Source of the DNA: Rhodothermales bacterium
Lineage (GTDB): Bacteria; Bacteroidota; Rhodothermia; Rhodothermales; JABDKH01
Reading direction: 5' to 3'
Assembly: GCA_013002165.1 (NCBI GenBank)
Contig: JABDKO010000227.1
Coordinates: 5,142-69,141, forward strand
Length of the DNA stretch: 64,000 nucleotides
The notes below the pieces were generated by a model, which saw only the letters and a list, made by a program, of their open reading frames with translations, was not told the DNA's origin and did no database searches. Of this stretch, positions 54,106 to 63,823 are shown one piece after another (the first letter of the stretch is position 1; each line of letters starts with the position of its first letter). A program made the position numbers and the translations under genes.

Positions 54106-54555
54106 ATGAAAATTCGACCGGTGCGTTCCCACGACAGTGAGCGGATTAACAGGCTGCTTGAAAATGCAAAGCTGCCACCGCAAGATCTTTCTGTCGATCA
54201 CGTGCAGGCCGTCGTCGCCACAATCGGCGAACACATTGTCGGTCATGCGGCGGTGGAGGTGCATGGTCAGCACGGACTTCTGCGATCAGTCGTTACCGAC
54301 CCGGAGGTCCAGCGGCAGGGTATTGCGTCTGCGCTGGTAACTCATTTGGAAAAGAGTGCATCGGATGCAGGGCTTGATAGCTTGTTTCTTCTGACAGAAA
54401 CAGCGTTCGACTATTTTAGCAGGTTGGGCTACGAAGCCAGGGAAAGGGATACGGCGCCAGATTCCATTCGGGAGTCCAGTGAGTATTCGATCGTCTGTCC
54501 GAGTTCAGCGGCTTTGATGATTAAGCAATTAAAAAAGAAAGATGGACACGGGTAG
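54106..54555 (+). CDS. GNAT family N-acetyltransferase
   Basis: It begins MKIRPVRSHD and has the acetyl-CoA loop LLRSVVTDPEVQRQGIASALVTHLE. The track start at 53737 overlaps the previous gene. Confidence 0.8.
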   Translation: MKIRPVRSHDSERINRLLENAKLPPQDLSVDHVQAVVATIGEHIVGHAAVEVHGQHGLLRSVVTDPEVQRQGIASALVTHLEKSASDAGLDSLFLLTETAFDYFSRLGYEARERDTAPDSIRESSEYSIVCPSSAALMIKQLKKKDGHG

Positions 54556-55078
54556 GGCTGTAATCATTGAATTCAAGGCAGCATGTTCTGACCTCGATGC
54601 TGCCCGAAAGATCGTCAATGCCCATGAACCACGGTATGTTGGCAAAGACCAACAGGTAGACGCATACTACATCGTGCCGGCTGGACGCCTGAAATTGAGG
54701 ACAGGGCCAATAGAGAATACGCTGATATTCTATAACCGTCCCGACGGAAACGCACCCAAGCAATCCGACGTCCACTTGTACAAACCGGCTGAGGTTGGAC
54801 ACCTGAAGAACCTGCTAGATGCAGCACTTGAGTCGGATGTCGTTGTGCGCAAAACCCGGGAAATATATTTCGTCGGTAATGTGAAGATTCATCTAGATGA
54901 CGTGGAGGAACTGGGCACTTTCATTGAAGTGGAGGCGATTGACGAGGACGGATCTGTTTCAGTGGATCGACTCAAGTCGCAATGTCGACATTTTTTCGAC
55001 GCATTTGGTATTACTGAAGATGACCTGATTGCGGTATCCTATTCTGACCTGATACGAGCCTGGCACGCTAATTCGTAA
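54542..55078 (+). CDS. CYTH domain protein (class IV adenylate cyclase/triphosphatase family)
   Basis: The ExExK-like start is VIIEFKA, followed by RLKLRTG, VRKTREIYFVGNVKIHLDDVEELGTFIEVEA. It has a 14-nt overlap with the GNAT gene. Confidence 0.75.
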   Translation: MDTGRAVIIEFKAACSDLDAARKIVNAHEPRYVGKDQQVDAYYIVPAGRLKLRTGPIENTLIFYNRPDGNAPKQSDVHLYKPAEVGHLKNLLDAALESDVVVRKTREIYFVGNVKIHLDDVEELGTFIEVEAIDEDGSVSVDRLKSQCRHFFDAFGITEDDLIAVSYSDLIRAWHANS

Positions 55079-55148
55079 AGTAACCCGGATTTGCGTCCGA
55101 TACTCATGAGGCTGAAGGTTCTCCATCTTACAGTCCTCAACAGGTCAA

Positions 55149-57290
55149 ATGAGTCTCAAATACAAAAGTGCGTTCGGGAATCAGTTCCTTCGCAAGCCTC
55201 CCTCGCAGGAAGAGGAAGGGCGAGCAGCCGTTGCTGGCCTGCTGGACCTTGGAAGCGACGGGACCGTCATCAGTGTAAACGCGGCCTTTGCCTCGCTCTT
55301 CGGCTTGAGCAGCCATCCTGACGCCTGTCTCAGCCAGCATTATCAGAAGCTGAGTGCGTCTCTATCTACGGCAGCATCCGCAATCGTTGAGAGCCTGATC
55401 GAAATACGACTGCGCCAATCCAGTTCTTGTGATTCACAAGACGTCATGCTGCAAGACGGCAGACTGCTTTCGATCGACTATATACCCATAGAAAACGGCA
55501 GCAATGCTGGCGGTCACAGGTGGATATTTACCGACGTTTCAGAGCAACGAAAGCACGAACAGAATCTCAAATTCAACGCCAACCTGCTTTCACAGGTAAC
55601 TGATGCAGTCGTGACAATCGACAAGAACTTGTCGATCACATTCTGGAACAAGGGAGCGGAAGATCTGACCGGCTATTCTGCAGCGGCTGCGATAGGAAAA
55701 AGTCCGGCTGATATTTTGACGTTCCGATTCAATACGCAGCAGGATGAAGTCGGCGCATGGAAGATGTTAACGGAAACAGGATCATGGTCGGGTGATTTAG
55801 TAATATCAACACCGTATACCGCAAGCGAGAAACATATCTCGGCCTCTGCTACAGTCCTGAAAGATGATGATGGAAGCTATGGTGGCATTCTTGCAATTGT
55901 GCGTGACGAGACAGACCGTCGCGAAATGCAAGACCAGCTAATCCATCATGCCTACCATGATTTACTGACTGGACTTCCAAACCGGATGATGCTGCTCCGA
56001 ACGCTCGACGGTCTTACTTCGGGTGAAGAGTCGGGGCGCAAATTTTCGCTGCTGTTTCTCGATCTGGATCGGTTCAAAATGGTAAATGACTCGATGGGGC
56101 ATCACGCCGGAGACGCCTTGCTCAAGAAAATGGCAGACCGACTCCTCGATTGTGTTCGCGATGACGACATCGTGGCCCGGCTAGGGGGAGATGAATTTGC
56201 AATCCTGCTGCATGACCACGACACAGCCGAGATTACGTGTGAGGTAGCCGACCGGATAATGGCCAAATTAAAGCAGCCCTTTATTGTAGAGGCCCTCGAA
56301 ATATTCAGCGAAGGCAGCATCGGTATCGTTGTCGGCGGTGAACACTACGACCTTGCCGAGGATATTCTACGGGATGCCGATGCCGCCATGTATCAGGCAA
56401 AAAGAGCCGGCAGGGCTCGCTATGAGATCTTCGACCGTAGCCAGCAGATGAAAGCGACAGAACGATTCCAACTTGAATCTGAACTGCGTCGGGCGATCGA
56501 ACGAGATGAGTTAAGAGCCTACTTCCAGCCGATCGTAGACATCTCGGCTGGTGAGCTTGTCGGGTTTGAGGCTCTCCTCCGTTGGGCTCACCCCTCCAAA
56601 GGTATTATGACTCCTCACCAGTTCATCTCGATCGCTGAGGAATCGGATTTGATAATCGATTTGGACAAGTGGTTATGGAAAACTGCAGTTGACAAACTCG
56701 CGATCTGGACGCAACAGTTTGACGCAGCGCGTGAGCTTACGATAAGTCTTAACTGCAGCAACAGGACCTTCAATGCACCGGATCTTGCCGAATACGTGGG
56801 TGAGATATTGTCAGATTCAGGCATCGACGGGTCAAGGCTATTTATCGAGGTGACGGAGGGGGTGATTATAAACGATCCCGAAGCCGCTGTGGCTGAAATG
56901 ATAAAGATCAAGAACTGCGGTGTTCGCATCAGCATCGACGACTTCGGCACCGGCTACGCGTCCCTCAGCGTTTTGCATCAACTTCCCATCGATATTTTGA
57001 AGATAGACAGGTCGTTTATCAAGCGGATGGATCGGCGCGATTCAGGCGGTACCATGCTGAAAACAATTGTCGATCTCGGCAACTCTCTCAAACTCGACTG
57101 TGTGGCCGAAGGTATTGAGACTCAGCGACAACTGGCTGTGCTTCGGGAAATGAAGTGTCGGTATGGGCAAGGCTATCTGTTCTCAAAACCACTCGACGGT
57201 GAACTGTCAGCTTCACTTATAGAGAAGAGCGAGCAATGGATCTCGGAAATATTCATTGAAGCTCGCAGAACACGAGAGTTCAAACTTTAA
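55149..57290 (+). CDS. PAS-GGDEF-EAL signalling protein
   Basis: Supporting motifs are RLGGDEFAILL, GFEALLRW, DDFGTGYASL and EGIETQ. The N-terminal half is PAS-like. Confidence 0.9.
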   Translation: MSLKYKSAFGNQFLRKPPSQEEEGRAAVAGLLDLGSDGTVISVNAAFASLFGLSSHPDACLSQHYQKLSASLSTAASAIVESLIEIRLRQSSSCDSQDVMLQDGRLLSIDYIPIENGSNAGGHRWIFTDVSEQRKHEQNLKFNANLLSQVTDAVVTIDKNLSITFWNKGAEDLTGYSAAAAIGKSPADILTFRFNTQQDEVGAWKMLTETGSWSGDLVISTPYTASEKHISASATVLKDDDGSYGGILAIVRDETDRREMQDQLIHHAYHDLLTGLPNRMMLLRTLDGLTSGEESGRKFSLLFLDLDRFKMVNDSMGHHAGDALLKKMADRLLDCVRDDDIVARLGGDEFAILLHDHDTAEITCEVADRIMAKLKQPFIVEALEIFSEGSIGIVVGGEHYDLAEDILRDADAAMYQAKRAGRARYEIFDRSQQMKATERFQLESELRRAIERDELRAYFQPIVDISAGELVGFEALLRWAHPSKGIMTPHQFISIAEESDLIIDLDKWLWKTAVDKLAIWTQQFDAARELTISLNCSNRTFNAPDLAEYVGEILSDSGIDGSRLFIEVTEGVIINDPEAAVAEMIKIKNCGVRISIDDFGTGYASLSVLHQLPIDILKIDRSFIKRMDRRDSGGTMLKTIVDLGNSLKLDCVAEGIETQRQLAVLREMKCRYGQGYLFSKPLDGELSASLIEKSEQWISEIFIEARRTREFKL

Positions 57291-59617
57291 GCTTCTTTGC
57301 TTTCTTGTTCGGCAACCGGTCCCGACCGTATTATTATCGAGGATGCGTTAAAGCCGAAAAGGTCCTCTTCAGAAAACACCTGACGGAAATGATGCTCCTC
57401 AAAGAAGGGCTCAAATTTCGACGCGAACTCGTCCAGGCGTTTAAGATAGTAGGACGTGTCCTCATCAGGGTCCAGAGTAGTCCAATCTTCAGCCGGAGCG
57501 GCAGTTTCAAATGCCGGTGACGAGGTCGATCCACTTCGTCGTATGTAGTACTTGATCTGATCGCCGCTGACGGCTTGACGATCTCGACGTCTGGCGAGCT
57601 GGAGTGCAACTTCATAGGCTGCAGCTCTGCTCCGTTTCCCGTCACGTACATCCTTCTCATACTGCTCCAGTGAGTCGTGGAGTGTCTCAGATCTCGAGAA
57701 TTCGTCCACAGAATCCCACGAATGTGACGTGATTTTTGAACGTTCTTCGAGAAACCGATCGTGCAGTGCCTGGACATCCCGGCGCAGTAGAGCACGTACT
57801 GAATCATAGACAAAGTCCCGGCCAAATCGTTCTGTCGCGCGGGAAATCAGCGACGACCCTTTGTACTTGATTGAGCCGTCGTCAGACAAAAGTGCGTAGT
57901 TCTTGATCTTGTACGACAGCATTCTGTCAAAAAAACCATCCACAACGAGATTGATCTGCTCGGGCAGGTGCGTATTCAAGCTGCCGACAAATGCCGATGC
58001 ATCCGCCATCGAGACAATATCATCTGGCGGTTTGAAAAAGACGCCGTCAGTATCGACCTCGGCGACTATTCCGCCACGTCGTTCAATCTCGGCGACGATG
58101 ATCTTCATGATCGATCTGCCGGTACGAGTTACCCGGTCTGCTTCGTCAAAGTCATTGAACAGTGCCAGCGAAAACCCAAGGTAGCCGTAAAATGCATTGA
58201 TTAGAATCTTATAAGACGTCTGTCGGGCATCCAGCTCAGTTCGAATGATGTCGTCCTGCTCATCGCGCATTCTCTTCTTCGTCGACAGACGCAGATCCGT
58301 CAGCTCGCGGAGGAGCTTCTGGAACACTCCGAGGATATCATTGGCCGGCTCGATATTATACGAGAGCATTATCGACGGATACAGACTCTCCACATCGGCA
58401 TACACAATGGGTCCCAGTATTCCCTGGAAATTGAGCGAAGTATAACCTCCGGAGATGGGTCTGCCCGAAGATGGTCGGGCAACAGACGTACGAGATTTGA
58501 GGTACTCAGACAACATCAGGGACTCGATCTTGATGCCGGGTCCTGTACGCGCCAACCTGCCATATTGAATCGGGACTTGCCTCGCCATATAAAAGTGTGC
58601 TCCAGACAGCCGTTCCGAAATCTGCTGTGTTTCGATCACATCATCAAGAGCGTACGACAAGACTCTGTCCGGATCCGTTTGCCAGGTCTCAGCAATTTTA
58701 TCTCCGTCAATGTAGGTTCGATTACTTGCAGCAACACCAAAATGCCGAGCGATGTCCTTCAAGCCATAGCCCGGAAGATCGCGTTTGGACACGTCGTGTT
58801 GGAGTGCAAGAAAAAACGTATCAATCACATGGCGTCCCGGAATGTGGATGGCGGGAAAAGACATCATGCGTTCGGCGAATCGAATCGACGAGTCGAAATA
58901 GCGGTGGGGCAATCCTGTCCGGCCGATCTGGAAATCGATTTTGTACCGATCACAACGTTTTCGGATATAATCGAAATCAAACTTGAAGATGTTGTGTCCC
59001 TCAATGACATCGGGGTCTCGATCGATGATGTTCCTCATCATCTCCTGCAGCAGCTCGGGCTCTTCATGATCCAACGCTGACAGAACCAATTCCCAGCCAC
59101 GGTTGTCGATCATCGAAACGATAATGATTCGGTCCGTTGGGTTAGCTGCGTTGGGGAATCCGTTTGGCGCATAAACCTCTATATCAAGCTGCAGGCGATG
59201 CAAATCGTCGAATGTCATTCCACCGAATGACATAATTTCATTCGACATCTGAAATTGAGAGACGCGGTCGTTCAAGAGATAGGAAGACAGGTTTGCCTGC
59301 CCGGCACGCGTTGGGCGTTCGTCAAGATAATCGAGCCCCCGCCAGAGCGACTCCCACGAATTGAAATGCGCCAGCCCGCGATAGTAATTCTCTCCTTCAA
59401 GCTTCTCAACGACGGGCGCTGTCCCACGAAAATCTTCGAACGCCTCAATCGATCGTACGAATAGAAACGGGTCGAACGAAATGTCCTCGTAAGACACCTT
59501 TTGATCGGAGCCGCGATAGAATACACGGTAGACCGCTCCCGAGTCAGATCGATCGCCAAGGGAGTGTATCGCTACAACGTGATTTGCCTGAACGACTGCG
59601 TCTGATTTGGATTCCAA
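57287..59617 (-). CDS. polB: Family B DNA polymerase (Pol II-like)
   Basis: Exo I is LDIEVY, Exo II is HNIFKFDFDYI, motif A is DVESLYPSIM and motif C is VDTDGVFF. It is 776 aa. Confidence 0.9.
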   Translation of the reverse strand: MESKSDAVVQANHVVAIHSLGDRSDSGAVYRVFYRGSDQKVSYEDISFDPFLFVRSIEAFEDFRGTAPVVEKLEGENYYRGLAHFNSWESLWRGLDYLDERPTRAGQANLSSYLLNDRVSQFQMSNEIMSFGGMTFDDLHRLQLDIEVYAPNGFPNAANPTDRIIIVSMIDNRGWELVLSALDHEEPELLQEMMRNIIDRDPDVIEGHNIFKFDFDYIRKRCDRYKIDFQIGRTGLPHRYFDSSIRFAERMMSFPAIHIPGRHVIDTFFLALQHDVSKRDLPGYGLKDIARHFGVAASNRTYIDGDKIAETWQTDPDRVLSYALDDVIETQQISERLSGAHFYMARQVPIQYGRLARTGPGIKIESLMLSEYLKSRTSVARPSSGRPISGGYTSLNFQGILGPIVYADVESLYPSIMLSYNIEPANDILGVFQKLLRELTDLRLSTKKRMRDEQDDIIRTELDARQTSYKILINAFYGYLGFSLALFNDFDEADRVTRTGRSIMKIIVAEIERRGGIVAEVDTDGVFFKPPDDIVSMADASAFVGSLNTHLPEQINLVVDGFFDRMLSYKIKNYALLSDDGSIKYKGSSLISRATERFGRDFVYDSVRALLRRDVQALHDRFLEERSKITSHSWDSVDEFSRSETLHDSLEQYEKDVRDGKRSRAAAYEVALQLARRRDRQAVSGDQIKYYIRRSGSTSSPAFETAAPAEDWTTLDPDEDTSYYLKRLDEFASKFEPFFEEHHFRQVFSEEDLFGFNASSIIIRSGPVAEQESKEA

Positions 59618-59622
59618 TCTTT

Positions 59623-62187
59623 CTACCGGACTCGGAGAACAGAGCCCTCGGCAACAACGAGTTCCGAATTCCCGCTCTCCGTTATCCGGATAAGATAAAC
59701 GCCCGATGCTGATAATCCAGATTCGCGGGTTGTTACATCAATCGTTACGATCGGTCCTCGCACATCGTCGCTGAACCAAACACGCCGACCCATCAGATCG
59801 TAGATCGTCACGTCCATTGGCTGTGCGTGCGTCGGTATCTCAATGTTGACTGAAGAACTGAATGGATTCGGATACACCGAGACTTCGCCAGCTAACGGGA
59901 CGGGATTATTGTCGATCGCGGTACTCAACTGCGTGACGTCCAGTCGATACATCGACCTGCCATGAGTACCCGCAAGAATATCCATAGTGGACTTGACATA
60001 CTTCAGGTCATAAACGGGGACTGCCGGGAGACCATCGCCAAGGACGGACCATGAGAGGCCACCGTCTTCGGTGACAAACGCGCCGATGTCTGTGCCGACA
60101 TATATGATGTCCTCCATAAAGGCATCGAGTGCAAGGGCGTTGATTGGCAGATCTGGCAGGTCAGAACTGATGTCCTCCCACGTGGCGCCGGCGTTGCGAG
60201 TCCTGAAAATATGTGGCTGCGGATCCCGCCACTTCAATCCTGAGAATGTTACGTAGGCTGTCTGCGGATCCGTTTCAGATACTGCTACCCGTGTTACCCA
60301 GCGCCGGGGGAGTCCTGCTGTGACATCAGTCCAGATATCGCCATAGTCCTGTGTGGTCCAAACCTTGCCATCATCAGTTCCCGCATAGATTGTATTTGCG
60401 TCGGACGGCGCAACTGCGATGGTTGTTACGCTTCCGAGGCGTGAACCCTGAGGGGAGGCAACAATGACCGGACTGACAGGTGACCAGGAGCCGGCTCGAT
60501 TTGTCGACCGGTAAATCTTGTCTGTACCGAAGTAAAGCACGGTTGGGTCATGTGGATCCAAAATTGCCGGCGTCGACCAGTTCCGTTTCTCCGTCGACGA
60601 AATTCCGTTCGTTGCTCCTATGAAGGATGCGCCTCCGTTCGTCGATCGGGCGAAGTTTCCGTTCTGACTTTCAGCGTAGATATAATTGGGGTCCGTTGGA
60701 TCGAGGATGGAATAGAAGCCATCGCCTCCGAAAATGAAGTCCCAGGTGCCATCCTCTTTGAGCCATGTGCCGTTGTCCTGGGTACCGCCAACGAGTCGAT
60801 CAGGATTACTGGCGTCAAAGTTTATTTCGTAAAACTGCGTAATCGGGAGACCGTTTACCGGAATCCATGAGCTGCCCCCGGAGGTTGAAATGGCGATGCC
60901 TCCGTCATTGCCGGCAAGTATCCGATCGGGGTCAGAAGGATCGAACGCTAGTGCGTGGTAATCCACATGTGTTCCCGATGTTGAAGACCAGGTGTTTGAT
61001 CCATTCGTTGACCTTCCGATCAGACCGTCGAGCACAAACACATGGTTCGGATCGGCCGGATCAACTCTTACCTGTCCAAAATACCAGCTGAACCCGAAAC
61101 CGGCGCTGATGCCAGTAACCTGTGAGCCGGAGTCCACCCTGGACCACGCAAGTCCGGCATCAAACGATCTGTATAATCCAATGATTGTAAAGCCGTCCGT
61201 ATAAAGTGCATATACCAGATCGGGCGAGCTTTCGCTGAACGACAGCCCGATTCGCCCGATCTGGGTCCGACCGGTTCCATCCTGCAGCGTAGCGGGATCG
61301 GGTAAACCGTTGTCAAATCCCAGTTCCTGCCAGCTTTCGCCCCCGTCAGCACTGCGATAGATGCCGCTGCTGTTACCGTAAAGAAATACTGAACCTTCGG
61401 GTCGTCGAACACGCTCCCAGGTTGCTGCCAGGAGCACATCTGCATCGTCAGGTTTCTGTGCGATATCAATGACTCCTGTAGAGTCGTTGACGAAGAGAAC
61501 CTTTTCCCACGAGGCTCCAGCATTGTCGCTGCGGTAGACACCACGGTCGGGGTCTGGGGAGAAATACGAGCCAACGGCCGCGACAAAAATCCGGTCATGA
61601 TTTTCTCTGTCAACAATGACACGACCGATGCTGGTGGTTTCTACGAGGCCCGACAGCTGCCACGAAGTACCGGCGTCGACTGACTTGAACAGGCCACCGC
61701 CAGCAAAATTATTGTGGCCGCCATTCGCTTCTCCCGTGCCGACGTAGACGATGTCGGAGTTTACCGGATCGACGGCGATGTCACCGACTGTCAGGATGTT
61801 CTGATCATCGAAAACAGGCAGCCACGAAATACCTCCGTCAACAGATTTCAGGACGCCACCTGTGGCCGCTCCCGCGTATACTGTGTCCGGCCGAAGAGGA
61901 TCGAATTCGATGTCAACGATACGACCTCCGACATTTGACGGGCCTTCGAAATCCCAGCTGCCCGGAGCCTGCTTGGCACTTCTTTTTTTGCGCTCTATTG
62001 TATCCAGGGCATCACGATATACGAATTTGTCTGCCTGATAAAACGGAAATGTTCGCTGAATGAAATGCCAGTCTGACGGAAACGATTTGTCGACGGATGA
62101 AACGGGTGCGTCGTCGCTGTCACCAGTATTACAGCCTGCAACGGAGAAGAACAACAGCGCGAAGAGTGTAGGGCGTAGTAATTTCAT
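59623..62187 (-). CDS. BNR/Asp-box (sortilin-VPS10 / GH74-like) tandem beta-propeller lipoprotein with T9SS sorting domain
   Basis: It has the lipobox LLFFSVAGC. About 12 Asp-box repeats are present (SVDGGISW, SVDAGTSW, SDNAGASW, SADGGESW, TEDGGLSW...). The C-terminus reads VSVYPNPFSSSVNIEIP. Confidence 0.85.
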   Translation of the reverse strand: MKLLRPTLFALLFFSVAGCNTGDSDDAPVSSVDKSFPSDWHFIQRTFPFYQADKFVYRDALDTIERKKRSAKQAPGSWDFEGPSNVGGRIVDIEFDPLRPDTVYAGAATGGVLKSVDGGISWLPVFDDQNILTVGDIAVDPVNSDIVYVGTGEANGGHNNFAGGGLFKSVDAGTSWQLSGLVETTSIGRVIVDRENHDRIFVAAVGSYFSPDPDRGVYRSDNAGASWEKVLFVNDSTGVIDIAQKPDDADVLLAATWERVRRPEGSVFLYGNSSGIYRSADGGESWQELGFDNGLPDPATLQDGTGRTQIGRIGLSFSESSPDLVYALYTDGFTIIGLYRSFDAGLAWSRVDSGSQVTGISAGFGFSWYFGQVRVDPADPNHVFVLDGLIGRSTNGSNTWSSTSGTHVDYHALAFDPSDPDRILAGNDGGIAISTSGGSSWIPVNGLPITQFYEINFDASNPDRLVGGTQDNGTWLKEDGTWDFIFGGDGFYSILDPTDPNYIYAESQNGNFARSTNGGASFIGATNGISSTEKRNWSTPAILDPHDPTVLYFGTDKIYRSTNRAGSWSPVSPVIVASPQGSRLGSVTTIAVAPSDANTIYAGTDDGKVWTTQDYGDIWTDVTAGLPRRWVTRVAVSETDPQTAYVTFSGLKWRDPQPHIFRTRNAGATWEDISSDLPDLPINALALDAFMEDIIYVGTDIGAFVTEDGGLSWSVLGDGLPAVPVYDLKYVKSTMDILAGTHGRSMYRLDVTQLSTAIDNNPVPLAGEVSVYPNPFSSSVNIEIPTHAQPMDVTIYDLMGRRVWFSDDVRGPIVTIDVTTRESGLSASGVYLIRITESGNSELVVAEGSVLRVR
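59626..59886 (-). other. T9SS C-terminal sorting domain
   Basis: GEVSVYPNPFSSSVNIEIPTHAQPMDVTIYDLMGRRV...GVYLIRITESG. Confidence 0.8.
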
Positions 62188-62294
62188 GACCGTAAGTATC
62201 TGAAATCTCAGCTAATGTTTCCTGCTGTGCACGTCGAAGTACCCGCGTCCTAAGGTTTGTCCGTAATAAGCGATACATACCGTATCTTAGTCCC

Positions 62295-62951
62295 ATGATC
62301 GACTCACAAGTTAACATAGTTCTTGATGCAATCGGCAAACGATTTAGAAATCGCGTGCTGTTCGAAGATGTCAACCTGAACATTGTATCGGGTGAGCGTG
62401 TGGCGATTACCGGGTCCAACGGTTCCGGAAAATCGACGTTGCTGAAAATAATCGGCGGTTTATTGCGGCCGACGGCAGGTGCTGTATCTATCCATGTCGA
62501 CGGTACAATTGTTGATCCCGAACAGCACAGCCTTGCGTTCGGGTATGTGGCCCCGGCATCGAATGTGTACTCCGGTTTGTCGGGCCGCGAAAACATCGAG
62601 TTCATTCAGTCCTTCTATTCGCGATCCAATGCGACCGCAGACGAGATCCTGGAACGTGTTGGTCTTGGTGATGCAGGTGATCGTGCCGTCGGTGAGTATT
62701 CTTCCGGGATGATTCAACGCGTCAAACTTGCCTGTGCCATGGTTGGAAATCCTGATGCCCTGCTGCTCGATGAACCATTTTCGAACCTTGACTCGCAGGG
62801 TGTCGACGTCGTTGAAGGTATCATCGAAGAGTTTGTGGCGAGCGGCAAACCGGTCATGATCGCCACTAATGTTGGTGATGAGGCAGCCCGCTGCGACCGG
62901 CGAGTAGACATTGAAGATTACAAACGTGTCCCGGTCAGCAAGGGCGGGTAA
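62295..62951 (+). CDS. ABC transporter ATP-binding protein
   Basis: It has Walker A GSNGSGKST, signature YSSGMIQR and Walker B LLLDEPFSNLD. Confidence 0.85.
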   Translation: MIDSQVNIVLDAIGKRFRNRVLFEDVNLNIVSGERVAITGSNGSGKSTLLKIIGGLLRPTAGAVSIHVDGTIVDPEQHSLAFGYVAPASNVYSGLSGRENIEFIQSFYSRSNATADEILERVGLGDAGDRAVGEYSSGMIQRVKLACAMVGNPDALLLDEPFSNLDSQGVDVVEGIIEEFVASGKPVMIATNVGDEAARCDRRVDIEDYKRVPVSKGG

Positions 62952-63663
62952 ATCCTACCGCCGCAAGTCGAACGGTCCGTGCACCCGCTTCCAGCAGCGG
63001 AACAGCCAAGTGCGATGCAGTGGCACCCGTAGTAACAATATCGTCTACAATAATTACGTCTTTGCCACGTATTGTGTCGACCTTGTCCACCGAAAATGCA
63101 TCTGTCAGATTTCGCTGGCGTTCCTCATGCGAAAGGCCTATCTGAGTTCTTGCATAGGCAACTCGACTGACTGCATCAACTACGCACGCGATGCACAGCT
63201 TCGATGCGAACCCCTCCGCGATGTATGCGCTCTGGTTATACCCTCTCTCCAACAGTCTCAACCGGTGGACCGGTACCGGAATTACAAGTGGATCGAGGTA
63301 GTCAGTCCAGGTCTCTGGGAGGGATGCGGCAAGATCGTCGCCCAACAGCGTGCCTATGTACGGTCGGTTTTCATACTTCAGGTACTGATGCAGTTTGCGA
63401 AGGGGCCCAAACTTGTCAAAGAAGAATTTGACGAAAATGTCTGAGAAAAGACCTTCTGAAATGATATGATCAAGGTCTTCAAGAAGCTCGTAGCGGTCGA
63501 CTTGCTCAATATCTCCAAAGCATTTCCGGCACAACACCGCGTCAGGATGGACCGGTTTACGACAGTAGTAGCACAAAGACGGGTAGACAAGGCTTTTGAA
63601 GGCAGTGAGGTCGAATGCGGGCGGTCTGTCACCTTCTGAAGTCAGCCTTAGTCGGTTTTCCAT
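62935..63663 (-). CDS. comF: ComF family phosphoribosyltransferase-like protein
   Basis: It has N-terminal Cys pairs (CYYCRKP...CRKC) and a PRTase loop VIIVDDIVTTGATA. Confidence 0.85.
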   Translation of the reverse strand: MENRLRLTSEGDRPPAFDLTAFKSLVYPSLCYYCRKPVHPDAVLCRKCFGDIEQVDRYELLEDLDHIISEGLFSDIFVKFFFDKFGPLRKLHQYLKYENRPYIGTLLGDDLAASLPETWTDYLDPLVIPVPVHRLRLLERGYNQSAYIAEGFASKLCIACVVDAVSRVAYARTQIGLSHEERQRNLTDAFSVDKVDTIRGKDVIIVDDIVTTGATASHLAVPLLEAGARTVRLAAVGFTRPC

Positions 63664-63823
63664 GTCGTTATGACATTAATTATGTCACTTCGTACCCTGA
63701 CAGCGTCCGGATTCAGGTAATCTTGATTTAGTGTCACACTATATTGAGACAGATAGGGGAGTCTACGTACTGGCACGGCGATTGCTGTTCCTTTGACCGT
63801 CCAGAGAATCAATAAGGAGTTTT

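Noticed and set aside
57287-59617. polB was considered as a marker of a pipolin or other self-replicating mobile element.
   Set aside because: No integrase, recombinase, direct repeats or tRNA target is visible nearby. The length and motifs (DxxSLYPS, DTDG, Exo I-II) look like ordinary Pol II.
62295-62951. The small ABC ATPase was considered as heme exporter CcmA, which would link to the CxxCH proteins.
   Set aside because: No ccmB/ccmC-like membrane genes are adjacent, and the next gene is a convergent comF. Generic ABC motifs do not allow that assignment.
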